Counted from the stretch's first letter, positions 9,138-19,708 are shown. The stretch is DNA of 64,000 bases from Methanomassiliicoccaceae archaeon (GCA_040776945.1 JAXGZN010000002.1:448001-512000), one strand, 5' to 3'. A program made the numbers and translations. Notes: generated by a model from the letters alone, not told the origin.

Positions 9138-10370
9138 TTGGAAAGGGACTATGAGGTATTGGTTGTGGGAGCCGGTCCGGCGGGAAGCGCGGCCGCCCTG
9201 GCCGCCGCGGAGGGCGGATGCAAGACGCTTTTGATCGACCGCAAGAACGAGATCGGCACCCCGGTGCAATGCGGCGAGGTGGTCGGGGAATCGCTGGTCC
9301 GTCATCTAGGGATCAAGATACCTCCACAGGCCATTGCCGCGGTCCAGGACCATACCAGATTCCTTCTCGACCGCCGCCTAATGGTGGTCTCCCACGAACC
9401 TTACTGGAGGAGCCTGACCCTCGAGAGGAAGATCTTCGACAAGCTCATGGCCGCCCGTGCCGCGGAGGCCGGGGCTAGTGTGCAGGCCGGCACCCGCCTC
9501 ATGGACGTCTCGCTCCGGGACGATAAGGTGGTCTCGGCGACGCTCATGCACCATGGGAAGGAAGTGGTGGTGAGGCCCAAGGTCGTCATAGCCGCGGACG
9601 GCGCGCACTCGACCGTGGCCAGGCTTCTCGGCCTGAAGCTGTATCCCGAGGACGCCATGGCCAAGGGGATCGAGTACGAGCTGGTGGCCAGGAAGAGGCT
9701 GCCAAGCGGGATGCACATCTTCCTGGAGCCCGAGGTCGGCCTAGGATATGGCTGGATCATACCCAAGGGACCCAGAAGGGCCAACGTGGGCCTGGGGGTC
9801 ATCGGCATGGAAGGTTCCAGGCGAGACGCCATCATCGATTGGGCCGCTGGGAACCCTGTCATATCGGAGCTCTTCGATCTGGACCAGGTGCTGGAGGTTA
9901 AGAGGGGCGACGCTCCCCTCCCTGGCTTCCTAGGCGGGCCCTGCCAGGGCAATGTGCTATTTGCTGGGGACGCTGCCGGGCAGACCTTGGCGTTCGTAGG
10001 CGAGGGCATACTCCCGTCATATGCGTGCGGCACGGGAGCCGGAGCGGTCGCCGCATCCGCCATACGCACAAGGTCCATGAAGAAACTGGACTGCTATGAC
10101 CGAGCGGTCAAGGACCTAATGGGCTCGGAGCTGGAGAAAGGAGCGGCCCTCAAGGATGCGATCCTTGGGGCATGGGCCGACGACTCCATCACCGAGGGCC
10201 AGCGCACCGTGCTGTGCGGCCTAATAATGTCCGAGTGCGTGTTCCCCGAGCACGTGGTGGACCTACTGCCCCTGCTGTCGCGCTCCACGACCCAGATCGC
10301 CAAGCGGGTCAGGCTCGACATGGAGAAGAGACGCATGAGGGCCAGGATATCGGTGATACGCCGCCGTTAG
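9138..10370 (+). CDS. geranylgeranyl reductase-family FAD oxidoreductase
   Basis: VVGAGPAG, PVQCGE, AADGAHS, GYGWIIP, GDAAG; TTG start inferred. Confidence 0.85.
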   Translation: MERDYEVLVVGAGPAGSAAALAAAEGGCKTLLIDRKNEIGTPVQCGEVVGESLVRHLGIKIPPQAIAAVQDHTRFLLDRRLMVVSHEPYWRSLTLERKIFDKLMAARAAEAGASVQAGTRLMDVSLRDDKVVSATLMHHGKEVVVRPKVVIAADGAHSTVARLLGLKLYPEDAMAKGIEYELVARKRLPSGMHIFLEPEVGLGYGWIIPKGPRRANVGLGVIGMEGSRRDAIIDWAAGNPVISELFDLDQVLEVKRGDAPLPGFLGGPCQGNVLFAGDAAGQTLAFVGEGILPSYACGTGAGAVAASAIRTRSMKKLDCYDRAVKDLMGSELEKGAALKDAILGAWADDSITEGQRTVLCGLIMSECVFPEHVVDLLPLLSRSTTQIAKRVRLDMEKRRMRARISVIRRR

Positions 10371-10386
10371 CTTTTTACCTCATAGT

Positions 10387-10401
10387 TGGATTATTCATCC
10401 A
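10387..10401. promoter_or_regulatory. palindromic operator TGGATT-ATT-CATCCA upstream of cobO
   Basis: GTTGGAT...ATCCAAC symmetry between a TATA-like TTTTTA (~10372) and the ATG. Confidence 0.7.
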
Positions 10402-10414
10402 ACAGTGAACTAAC

Positions 10415-10957
10415 ATGAGCGGAAGGAACATTCGCGAGGACCTCGGCCTGATCCACGTATATACCGGGAACGGCAAAGGCAAGACCACAGCGGCGCTGGG
10501 GTTGGCCTTGAGGGCCATGGGCAACGACCTCAATGTCGTCATGGTGCAGTTCATGAAGAGCGACCAGCACTATGGCGAATATCGGATCTCAAGATCATTG
10601 CCGCATTTCACCCTCCTCCCGATGGGGCGCGACTGCCTGGTGAACGAAAAAAAGATCGCCCAGGCCGACATCGACGCTGCCGAGGCCGCCCTCGCGAAAT
10701 GTGAGGAACTGCTCCGATCGGGAAAGTATGACATGCTGATCATGGACGAGATCAATGTCAGCATGCACTTCGGACTGGTCAAGGTCGCTGATGTAGTTGG
10801 ATTGCTCAGGTCCCGGCCGCCCCGCGTAGAGGTGGTCCTTACCGGACGCTACGCGCCGCCCGAGATAGTGGAGATCGCGGACCTGGTCACCGAGATGAGA
10901 TGCCTCAAGCACCCATATGAGAAAGGGGTGCAGGCCCGGGCGGGCATCGAGAGGTGA
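10415..10957 (+). CDS. cobO: cob(I)yrinic acid a,c-diamide adenosyltransferase
   Basis: YTGNGKGKTTAA, VQFMK, LTGR, KHPYEKG motifs. Confidence 0.93.
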   Translation: MSGRNIREDLGLIHVYTGNGKGKTTAALGLALRAMGNDLNVVMVQFMKSDQHYGEYRISRSLPHFTLLPMGRDCLVNEKKIAQADIDAAEAALAKCEELLRSGKYDMLIMDEINVSMHFGLVKVADVVGLLRSRPPRVEVVLTGRYAPPEIVEIADLVTEMRCLKHPYEKGVQARAGIER

Positions 10958-11516
10958 CCGCGGTACCGGCCAAGGCCTTGATCGCGAGGACATATGCATG
11001 ATCTCGGCACCGGGCCACTTTCCAGTTCGGTCCGTCCGATCCCATCGCCGCATCATCGAGGTGACTGTCGCCTCTGCGGGGACCGCGGCCGTCTTATGCC
11101 TTGGCGCGCGCTCGGCGTTCGAGAGGCTAGGCACGGCAGTGTCCCCGACCGTGATGGCATGTGCGGCGTTCTAAATGCTCCATGTGGAGAACGCCTTCAG
11201 GCCGGCGAAGGTCGGACGCAGGAAAGGGCGCGGCCCTATTTTGGCCGTTCGGCCCACCGCGACGGCTTTTCCATCATCAAGCGGATGTGATTCCTGAGGC
11301 AGCCGCGCCTCCGACCTTGGCCATCAGGACGTTCTTGACCCTCGCCATGCGCTACCTGCTGCGATAGTGCCCCATGAGAACAATGCCTATTCAATGCATT
11401 CGCCCTGCATGCAGAGAGAATATCCGGGAGATGCGCGCCCCGAATCTCATGATGAACGCATCCGGGATGCAGGGCCGCCGTCAAACGCTATTAACGGGCG
11501 GCGCCAATCAGGTAGC

Positions 11517-12653
11517 ATGAAGGCCTCGCTCCGGGTCGGTCGCTTGATGGGCATCCCGATCAAGATACACGTCTCCTTCCTGCTCATCCTCCCTTTGTTC
11601 GCGTTCTCCTTCGCCTTTGCGTACACTAGATTGCTGGGCTTCACCCTTGGTTATGGCGGACTGCCTCTCGATGACGTCGCGAAGCTTGTTCTAGGGCTCA
11701 TCGCCGCACTGTTGTTCTTCATCGCTGTCCTGCTGCATGAGCTGGCGCATTCCTACGTGGCTATCCGCAACGGATACAAGATATCGGGGATCACCCTCTT
11801 CCTATTTGGCGGGGTGTCGGAGATCGAGAGCCATCCGAAGGATGCTCCCGGTGAGGCACTGATGGCATTCGTCGGTCCAGCCACCAGCTTCGCCATCGGT
11901 CTCGTGTTCCTGCCGGCCTGGTACCTCCTTGAGGGCATGTCCGGTCTTGGATGGAACATCGCGGCCATTACCGCCGGGCTCATCAGCTTTTACAACATCC
12001 TTCTCGGCGCCTTCAATATCATACCCGCCTTTCCAATGGACGGAGGACGGGTGCTCCGTGCCGTCCTGGTAAAAAGGCTGGGGTTCATCCGGGCCACCAC
12101 AGTGGCCGTTCAAGTGGGCAAGATGATGGCCGTCGCCATGGCCGTCCTGGGCTTCATGATTTTCAACCCATGGCTGATGTTCATCGCCCTTTTCATTTAC
12201 ATCGGGGCCGGCGAGGAGGAACGGGGGACCAAGGTGGCACAGGCTCTGGAAGGGCTTACTGTCGGTCAGATCATGACCACGCCGGTCTCCGTCGTCACGC
12301 CGGGCTCAAGCATCAGGGAGCTGCTGGACCGAATGATCACGGAGAAGCACATGGGATATCCGGTCGTGGAAGGCGATAAGCTAGTGGGAATAGTCACACT
12401 GCAGGATGTGCAGAAGGTCCCCGCCAGCAGGCACGATGATGCCACCGTAGGGAGCATCATGACCGCCGATGTTCTCACCGTGACACCGGATACTCCGGCC
12501 ATGGAGGCTATACAGGCACTGTCAAGGAACCGCATCGGACGCCTGGTGGTGTTGGACCAGGGAAGGATCGGGGGCATAGTGAGCAGGTCGGACCTCATTC
12601 ACATACTGGAGGTCCGGGCCGCAGAGAGGCGGGCCATTGGCCCCAAGGAGTAA
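11517..12653 (+). CDS. site-2 (M50) protease with tandem CBS domains
   Basis: HELAH, NIIPAFPMDGGR and a C-terminal CBS pair. Confidence 0.92.
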   Translation: MKASLRVGRLMGIPIKIHVSFLLILPLFAFSFAFAYTRLLGFTLGYGGLPLDDVAKLVLGLIAALLFFIAVLLHELAHSYVAIRNGYKISGITLFLFGGVSEIESHPKDAPGEALMAFVGPATSFAIGLVFLPAWYLLEGMSGLGWNIAAITAGLISFYNILLGAFNIIPAFPMDGGRVLRAVLVKRLGFIRATTVAVQVGKMMAVAMAVLGFMIFNPWLMFIALFIYIGAGEEERGTKVAQALEGLTVGQIMTTPVSVVTPGSSIRELLDRMITEKHMGYPVVEGDKLVGIVTLQDVQKVPASRHDDATVGSIMTADVLTVTPDTPAMEAIQALSRNRIGRLVVLDQGRIGGIVSRSDLIHILEVRAAERRAIGPKE

Positions 12654-12672
12654 ATCTATTACTTGAAGGAAC

Positions 12673-13737
12673 ATGACCCGGGGCATGAAGATAGGGGTGA
12701 TCGTCCACGGGCCTGAGGTCATCGACTCGGGAATGGCGGTCAGGGTCATGGGCGTTCTGGAAAAAAGGGCCGAGGTCCATGCCACTCTCGGTGGGGCCAT
12801 GGGGGCGGCCGCCATCATCGATGCTGGCCTGGAGGGCCGCATATCCATCGTCCCCCGCCAGCTGGTATCCGATGCCATCCGTGCCATGGACGGCAGCTTC
12901 GACGCCGTGGCCGTGCTCAACTGGTCGAAATCCCGCGAATCCGGACTGGGGTTCGCGGCCATTGTCTTCTCCAGGGTCGCGAACACCACGGTTCCGATAA
13001 TCCATCTTGACAGGGACTTCTATGTGGAATGGCGCCCCTCAGTGCCAGAGCTGCTTCGGGCCGCGGCCGAGGACCTCGGACTTGAGGAAGTGCCCTTCCC
13101 GGCCCCAGAGAGAAGGGTGGACGGAGTAAGGTCGGTCCACGGGGTGATCCCCGGAGAGAACATCTGGATCAACGGGAACGTGGTGGGGAGGGCGACCTCC
13201 AGGGATGTCAGGGTCCGGCTGCGGGACGGTGAACTGACTCTCGACAACGTACGGATCAAAGAGCACGGCCTACAGAAGGTCAAGGTCGACGATCTGTCCA
13301 GAGCGGTGATCCGGACCGGGTCGGTCCGGCGGACAAGGTCCGAGCTCCGCCGGGTCCCTCCTGCCACAGGTGAGCGCCTGATACTGATAGATCATCGGGC
13401 AGAGGATGCCATCTTCCGTGCCAAAGGCGCGAGGGCCGCTATAACCGTGGGGGATGACACCACGCGCATCTCCCGCTCTCTCCTTGCAAGGCTGGGCGTC
13501 CCAGTGATCGGGATAATTGACGGGGACGAGGACGGCATATGCCTGGATGACGCATCGGCACCCGGCTCGGCGGCAATACTGCTCAAGCCGGGGAACGACG
13601 ATCAGCTGGGCGAAGAGGTCCGCAGGACCATATTCGGCGGAGGGCAGGAGATAACCTACTCAGGAAGCCTAGGCGAGTTGGTGGAGCGCATTACGGCCAT
13701 GGCGGGGAACGCTCTGGTCGATGTAAAAAGGAACTAG
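12673..13737 (+). CDS. DUF2117-family methanogen conserved protein
   Basis: IGVIVHGPEVIDSG, GENIWING, TVGDDTT, GIIDGDED. Confidence 0.8.
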   Translation: MTRGMKIGVIVHGPEVIDSGMAVRVMGVLEKRAEVHATLGGAMGAAAIIDAGLEGRISIVPRQLVSDAIRAMDGSFDAVAVLNWSKSRESGLGFAAIVFSRVANTTVPIIHLDRDFYVEWRPSVPELLRAAAEDLGLEEVPFPAPERRVDGVRSVHGVIPGENIWINGNVVGRATSRDVRVRLRDGELTLDNVRIKEHGLQKVKVDDLSRAVIRTGSVRRTRSELRRVPPATGERLILIDHRAEDAIFRAKGARAAITVGDDTTRISRSLLARLGVPVIGIIDGDEDGICLDDASAPGSAAILLKPGNDDQLGEEVRRTIFGGGQEITYSGSLGELVERITAMAGNALVDVKRN

Positions 13738-13754
13738 CCGGTCCGACATCCAGA

Positions 13755-14078
13755 TCAGATCGGCCCTGCCAGGATCGTGCTCAGGCCGGCCATGTCGATC
13801 TTGAGCTGCACCACGTCGGCTACCTGCTTGACGATCGAGGTCGCCACGCTGACCTTGGCCGTTCGCAGCAGCGGCTTCTTGACGTTCAGCTCGGACACGA
13901 CCTCCTTCCCCAGCTCTATCACGAGAGAGGATATGGTCCAATCACTGGTGTTCACATAAGCTCCGCTCAGGACACCGACGACCCTGCCATCGGTGGTAAT
14001 GACGTTCTTGCTCTCCAGGCACCCCATTTCAAGGGGCTTCGACTGAACCGCGGGCGTGCTTCCCTGCATCATGCTCAC
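13755..14078 (-). CDS. PRC-barrel domain protein
   Basis: KNVITTDGRVVG...W.I..L pattern. Confidence 0.75.
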   Translation of the reverse strand: MSMMQGSTPAVQSKPLEMGCLESKNVITTDGRVVGVLSGAYVNTSDWTISSLVIELGKEVVSELNVKKPLLRTAKVSVATSIVKQVADVVQLKIDMAGLSTILAGPI

Positions 14079-14180
14079 ATCTCCCCGAAGGGCATTCCTT
14101 CCATTGATATATGTCGCTTAGGACGGCGCGCCGTCCCCACCATCCGACGTCGGGGCGTTAAGGGGTGCCGATAGTTCGCT

Positions 14181-14417
14181 CTACCGGCGGTAGGTGATCA
14201 TCATCAAGGTGACCACGATAAAGGCCAAGCCGGAATAGAGCGGACTGGAGGTAAGCAGCCAGATCACCAGGGCGATCGCCGCTCCGGGGATAAGCACGGC
14301 CAGGGCCTTGATGATGGCGATGATGGCCGCCAACGCGAAGATGAGCAGGACGATGCTCATCAAGGATGAGAAGCCTAGCAACTGGGAACCTCCGTCCAGA
14401 TTGATGGTGTAGCTCAT
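14181..14417 (-). CDS. small membrane protein
   Basis: 78 aa, almost entirely hydrophobic; start codon inferred. Confidence 0.6.
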   Translation of the reverse strand: MSYTINLDGGSQLLGFSSLMSIVLLIFALAAIIAIIKALAVLIPGAAIALVIWLLTSSPLYSGLAFIVVTLMMITYRR

Positions 14418-14480
14418 ATTCAATGTTGCCATCGCCGGGAAGGTGCATGATTTAAGAACGGAACACGGCATCTCGGTTCC

Positions 14481-15380
14481 GTGAAAGTGCTGGTCACGGG
14501 AGGGTCCGGACAACTGTCATCCTATTTGTTCGAGGAGCTCGAGAAGGAACATGAGGCACGAGGGGTGGACCTTCGCGAGCCGGTCTTCGATAGTGCCAAG
14601 GGTAAGGTCGACATCGCCGACATCAGGGATGCCGAGGCCATGCTGGATATCTGCAAGGGGGCCGATGCCATCGTCCATACGGCCGCCCAGGTCTCTGTGC
14701 AGAGGTCCACGGAGGACCCCGCCTTCGATGTGGAGACCAATGTTCTGGGCACGGTGAGGACGCTCAAGGCGGCCAGGGATGCAGGCGTTGCTAAGTTCAT
14801 CTTCATCTCCAGCGCGGCCGTCTATGGCGACCCTCATTATGTGCCGGTGGACGAAGAACATCCTGCCGCCCCTCTGTCCATATACGGCTCGAGCAAGCTC
14901 TCGGCAGAATATTTCGTTCGTGCCTTCGGCTCATCGTTCGGGATGAAATGGGCCATAGTGCGGCCGTTCAACTTCTATTCTCCCCGCGCCGATCCGAAGA
15001 GCCCTTATTCAGGGGTGATAACGAAGTTCACCCAGAACGCCGCGTCGGGGTTGCCTTTAAGGATAGAGGGGGACGGTTCGCAGACCCGGGATTTCCTTCA
15101 CGCGGCGGATGTTGCCAGATTGGTCCGCCTGACCCTGGAGTCCAAGCGTGATGGCCTCACGCTCAATGGCGGCTCCGGCCAAGCTACCAGTATTCTGGAC
15201 CTTGCCAAAACTGTGAAGAAGGTCTGCCCTCGGCCGGTAAACATCGAGCATGTGGCGCCCCGGACCGCGGACATAAAGCATTCCGTGGCCAAGGTAGAGC
15301 GCGCCAGGGAGATGGTAGGTTTCTCAACCCGCATCTCCCTGGAGGAGGGTCTCAAGGCGTTCTTCAGTCGAACGGTCTAA
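14481..15380 (+). CDS. NAD-dependent epimerase/dehydratase (GalE-like)
   Basis: VLVTGGSG, SSAAVYG, YGSSK, QTRDF. Confidence 0.9.
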   Translation: MKVLVTGGSGQLSSYLFEELEKEHEARGVDLREPVFDSAKGKVDIADIRDAEAMLDICKGADAIVHTAAQVSVQRSTEDPAFDVETNVLGTVRTLKAARDAGVAKFIFISSAAVYGDPHYVPVDEEHPAAPLSIYGSSKLSAEYFVRAFGSSFGMKWAIVRPFNFYSPRADPKSPYSGVITKFTQNAASGLPLRIEGDGSQTRDFLHAADVARLVRLTLESKRDGLTLNGGSGQATSILDLAKTVKKVCPRPVNIEHVAPRTADIKHSVAKVERAREMVGFSTRISLEEGLKAFFSRTV

Positions 15381-15745
15381 AATTCCAACAGTCTTTCCCC
15401 TTCCTTGACGAAGACGGTCATGTCAACATTGTAGTTGTAGTCCTCAGTGGTGCCGTCTATCATCTCGATCTTGGCCTTGATCTTGTTCTTTTCGAACGTG
15501 ATCTGAGCGTTCTTCACCCTGGCCTTGTAAAGGTTGATCCTCTTGCCTGCCTGAGTGAGCTTGCGCTCATCACAGTAGATCAGACCGGCGGACTCGAGCA
15601 GATTGATCTTGCGGTAGCATGCGGCGATGGGGATGCCTAGCTTTTCGGAAAGCTCGAAGGCGCTCTTTGCCTTTCCCATTGTAGCGAGCAGGATCTTCGC
15701 AGAGTATTCCTCGGTCAACAGCCTTGATGTCTCCAAAGCGTGCAT
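15377..15745 (-). CDS. winged-helix transcription regulator
   Basis: KSAFELSEKLGIPIAACYRKINLLESAGL helix-turn-helix. Confidence 0.8.
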   Translation of the reverse strand: MHALETSRLLTEEYSAKILLATMGKAKSAFELSEKLGIPIAACYRKINLLESAGLIYCDERKLTQAGKRINLYKARVKNAQITFEKNKIKAKIEMIDGTTEDYNYNVDMTVFVKEGERLLEF

Positions 15746-16115
15746 TTTCTCTACACCTTGTCCGTTGAACCGGCTAGCGGAATATTTAAAATATCTTGGT
15801 TGATTATCAATATTGAAGCTGAGATATTTTTCTAAGCCAGATGTTGATTTTTTCTGAAAAATCGGTCAAAAATAGCGATATCAATAGTCGGAATATAAAT
15901 TCATAATACTTAATATGGCGGCGATAAAGGTCATCGGCGTCCGGCCCGAAAGGAGAGGCAGGTACCGGAGAACGGGTCGACGAGACGGCCGCCAAACCAG
16001 GACCAATGGCCGACAAGGGACCTCTGCCCCGTCGCCCGCCATCATGCTTTTACACATCGATCTTCACGGCGAAATGATTATGAATCCCTTCTCAGTCCCA
16101 TTCTTCAGGTATAAC

Positions 16116-16214
16116 ATGGCCTGCGGTAAGTGCGGAACCAAGAAGGATGTGAAGAAGGACGACAAGAAGGGAGCCAAGAAAGGATCCAAGCCTGAAGCGC
16201 CTAAGAAGAAGTAG
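16116..16214 (+). CDS. putative 32-aa Lys-rich small protein with CxxC
   Basis: MACGKCGTKKDVKKDDKKGAKKGSKPEAPKKK; host-like AAG usage; followed by a terminator-like tract. Confidence 0.6.
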   Translation: MACGKCGTKKDVKKDDKKGAKKGSKPEAPKKK

Positions 16215-16244
16215 GCCCCTTTCAGCGTCGAAGCATTAAACCCT

Positions 16245-17174
16245 TTATTTTTCAACCCTCCGCTCTTTTGCTCCTGTTCTGACCACCATGAAGATGGCCA
16301 CGAACATCAGCCCCGCGCCAAGAAGGGTCAGAGGTCCCAGCGGCTCGTTCCTGACCACAGCGCCGAGCAGAACGGCAAAGGCCGATTCGGACAGCAGCAC
16401 GGTCGCCGAGGTGGTGAGGGAGAGCGAGCCAAGGCCGATGGCCCACAGTATCGTGGGGACCGAGGTGCAAAGAAGCCCCACATAGATGATGGAAGGCAAG
16501 GACATCGAGGACGTCTCCCCCGGCCCGCCGGTGAGTAGCATGAGCGCGGCGAGGGCGACAGCGCTTAGCAGATGGAAGGACATCACCCATTCATAGTTGT
16601 CCATGTGCCTTACTGCCAGTTTCGTGATCGGATAGCTCGCTGCGATGGATAGGGAGGCGCCTAGGAGCAGGATATAGCCAAAGAACTCGCTCGAGTTCAG
16701 GGTAGAGAGGTCCCATTGGGTGGTCAGCGTGAACAATCCGAAAAGACCGACCATCACCCCGATCGCTCGGCGGCGGCCGATCACCTCCCTGAAGATGAGC
16801 GCGGACAGAGGGGCCACGAATATCACGTTCCCTCCCACTATGAGGCCTCCGACAGAGGCCGGGGCCAAGGTCAGGCCGACGTACTGAAATGCGATTAGGC
16901 AGGTCGCCGATGCCGTTCCCGCCCAGACCTCCCAGCGCCGGAAGATATTAAGGTCCAGTCCCCCGCGGCGAAAGGCCAGGAGAAGGGCGAAGGTTCCTCC
17001 GATGCCCATGGTGAGGGCGCCGAACAAGAAGGGACTAGCGCCGCCCAGGCCATCTTTGATCACTACGTATTGGGACCCGAACAGGAGGCTGGCGGCCAGC
17101 GACATCAGGAGGGCCGACCGCTCACCCGAAGCCTTCCATTCGACATCAACGCCTCCGCCTCTCACATGGTTCAC
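16245..17174 (-). CDS. DMT/EamA family transporter
   Basis: About 10 TM segments in two EamA-like halves. Confidence 0.88.
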   Translation of the reverse strand: MNHVRGGGVDVEWKASGERSALLMSLAASLLFGSQYVVIKDGLGGASPFLFGALTMGIGGTFALLLAFRRGGLDLNIFRRWEVWAGTASATCLIAFQYVGLTLAPASVGGLIVGGNVIFVAPLSALIFREVIGRRRAIGVMVGLFGLFTLTTQWDLSTLNSSEFFGYILLLGASLSIAASYPITKLAVRHMDNYEWVMSFHLLSAVALAALMLLTGGPGETSSMSLPSIIYVGLLCTSVPTILWAIGLGSLSLTTSATVLLSESAFAVLLGAVVRNEPLGPLTLLGAGLMFVAIFMVVRTGAKERRVEK

Positions 17175-17320
17175 CGGTCAGGGGCGGTAAACAGCTGCCT
17201 GCAAATATCCTTTGCCGCCACCATCGGCCGTTCAAAGCAGCTCGATCGGGAAGGCCGGAAGGATTTAGATATCTGGGAACTGAATAGTAGTTGTGCGGAT
17301 ACCCCGCAGACGCGAGCGCC

Positions 17321-18172
17321 ATGTTCGAAAGGATACTGTTCCCAACGGACTTCTCCGAGCAATCACTTAGGATGTTCGACTGCCTGCTGGAGCTTCACCA
17401 CATGGGGACCAAGGAGGTGATCATCTGCCATGTCGCTCAGGCCGGGACCGCCCTCACCCCTGAGCAGATCTTCACCCTTGACAGGCTGGAGATGAGCTTG
17501 GAGGACATAGGGGTCAAGGCCGTCGAGATGATCGAGGAGGGCGATCCCGTGGACAAGGTGCTTGAGGCGGCCATCAGGGAAAAGGTCAGCCTGATCGCGA
17601 TGGCCTCCAGCGGCAAGGGGCGCGCAAGGGAGTTCCTCCTGGGCTCGACATCCTTCGGCGTGTTGCGCTCTGCCCCCATACCGGTGCTCATCAATAAGTT
17701 CGAGGTCACCGAGAAGGGGGGACGCACCATCGTGACGCCCGCCTGCAGTTCCATATTCCGCAAGGCACTGGTCCCCATCGATTTCTCATCTTGCACTGAG
17801 ATGTGCGCGGAGCTCTTGCCTCAGCTGGCCAGATTGGGGCTTCGGGAGGCCGTGCTCTTCCATGTGGTGGAGGGGGCCCGGGCCAATCTGGACGATGACG
17901 ACAAGTTCAAGCAGGCCATGGACGAGGTCATGTCTAAGATGGACAATCTGAAGCAGAGGCTTACCGAACAGGGTTGTCAGACCACCACCCACGTTCACTT
18001 CGGAACGGTATCTTACAACATCCTGGAGGCCTCCCGCGAGCTCAGCGTTTCCCTGATAATATTGGGCGCGCACCGTAAAAGCCTGCTTCGCGAGATTGCC
18101 TTGGGGGGCAACTCGGAGACCGTGGTGAGGAGGTCCAAGGTCCCGCTTTTGATCATTCCGTGCGAGAGGTAG
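17321..18172 (+). CDS. universal stress protein (two Usp domains)
   Basis: ILFPTDFS and ALVPIDFS repeats; LLGS and ALGG motifs. Confidence 0.9.
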   Translation: MFERILFPTDFSEQSLRMFDCLLELHHMGTKEVIICHVAQAGTALTPEQIFTLDRLEMSLEDIGVKAVEMIEEGDPVDKVLEAAIREKVSLIAMASSGKGRAREFLLGSTSFGVLRSAPIPVLINKFEVTEKGGRTIVTPACSSIFRKALVPIDFSSCTEMCAELLPQLARLGLREAVLFHVVEGARANLDDDDKFKQAMDEVMSKMDNLKQRLTEQGCQTTTHVHFGTVSYNILEASRELSVSLIILGAHRKSLLREIALGGNSETVVRRSKVPLLIIPCER

Positions 18173-18403
18173 GGCTCGCGCACCGGCCGGCCGCCCGCGG
18201 CCACTGACGGCCGGGTCCACATGGCTCGTGAGCGCTCGAAACGAGGGACCAAGGCATGGCAGTTGCGCTCGCGGTCCCCCTTTCTCAATCGGACGCCGAT
18301 GACCAGGGGGCCGGTCATGCAGCGGCGATGCTGGCAAGCTGCCCTCGTGTCCGCCAGGGCTAGGGAAATATTAAGAACAGGTCAGTTGTTGGCTAGGCCG
18401 ACG

Positions 18404-19708
18404 ATGTTCGAGAGGTTGGCCCGATTCATCAACGCCGAGGGAATGGCAGGTCCCGCGTTCGTCATGCTCGTGGCCACCGTTGCCGGCGGAGGATGCAATT
18501 TCCTCTACCAGGTTCTGATGAACAACTACATCCCTGACGACGTTGCCGAGCTGAACACGCTTCTATCCATACTTTACATTGTCACCGTGCCGTCAAGCGC
18601 GGTGCAAAACGTCATCATCCGTTACGTTTCAAAATACAATGCCCTGGGAGAGGCGAGCGTGGTGTCCTGGTTGCTGAAGCGCATCCTGTTCTTCACCACA
18701 GGCGCAGGGGTGGCCATGGCCGTCCTGCTCATTATCATCCTGAGCATCCCGGGGGTCAGCTCGACCCTGAAGCTCACGTCCGCCCTGCCAGTCCTGCTGC
18801 TGGCGATCGGGGTCGTGGTCTCTCTGATATCCCCGGTCGGCCAGGGAACGATGCAGGCCCTCCAGCGTTTCACCGCGTTCGGCGCTATGAACACCGTCAA
18901 CTTCACTCTGAAGCTGACCTTGGGTGTGGGCATGGTCCTGCTCGGATATGGGGTCTCTGGAGCTCTGGGAGGGGTCATAATCGGGCTTGCGTTCGGCTGC
19001 GGAGCCTCGATCCTGTTCGTAAGGAAATTTTTCTTCATGAGGTCCACCGCCATAGAGGCCAAGGAGATCTGGAGGTTCACCGTTCCCGCGACCGTGGCGA
19101 TGCTCGGCTATACCATCATAACCCAGGTGGACATAATCCTCGCCACCAGCCTGCTGGTGAAGGAGCAGGCCAACTACTATGCGGCGGCCTCGTCCCTGGC
19201 CAAGATAATTCTGTTCCTTCCGGGAGCGGTCTCCACGGTCATGTTCCCCAAGCTGTCCAAGGCCCATGCGATAAGGTCCAGGGGTGGTGACGAGAGCAGC
19301 CGCATACTGAAGACGGCGTTCGTTATGACCCTGGCCCTGTCGGTGACCGTTGTCGTAGCATATTTCCTCCTTCCTGACCTGGTGCTCAGCATCCTTCTCC
19401 CGGCCAACCCATACAAGATGCAGATCGCCCCCATCCTGCAATGGCTCGGGGTCGCGATGATGCTACTCGGCCTTGCCAACCTGTTCATGCTCTACGGTCT
19501 GGCTACCGACGGTCATGCTTACACCGTCATCATCAGCCTGTCGGTGATAACTCTGTTCTCTCTAGTGGGGATGGTCATCGGCCTCGGGGTAACGTTCACT
19601 CCCATGTTGGTCGTCATGGTCATGTTCATCACCGGCCTGTTCATCGTCATAATGAGCGGCCTATATCTCTTCGTGGTGGAACGGGAATGGCGGCCTCAAC
19701 GCGCATGA
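18404..19708 (+). CDS. oligosaccharide flippase (MOP superfamily)
   Basis: About 12 TM segments; VDIILA, YYAAASSLAK, MFPK. Confidence 0.8.
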   Translation: MFERLARFINAEGMAGPAFVMLVATVAGGGCNFLYQVLMNNYIPDDVAELNTLLSILYIVTVPSSAVQNVIIRYVSKYNALGEASVVSWLLKRILFFTTGAGVAMAVLLIIILSIPGVSSTLKLTSALPVLLLAIGVVVSLISPVGQGTMQALQRFTAFGAMNTVNFTLKLTLGVGMVLLGYGVSGALGGVIIGLAFGCGASILFVRKFFFMRSTAIEAKEIWRFTVPATVAMLGYTIITQVDIILATSLLVKEQANYYAAASSLAKIILFLPGAVSTVMFPKLSKAHAIRSRGGDESSRILKTAFVMTLALSVTVVVAYFLLPDLVLSILLPANPYKMQIAPILQWLGVAMMLLGLANLFMLYGLATDGHAYTVIISLSVITLFSLVGMVIGLGVTFTPMLVVMVMFITGLFIVIMSGLYLFVVEREWRPQRA

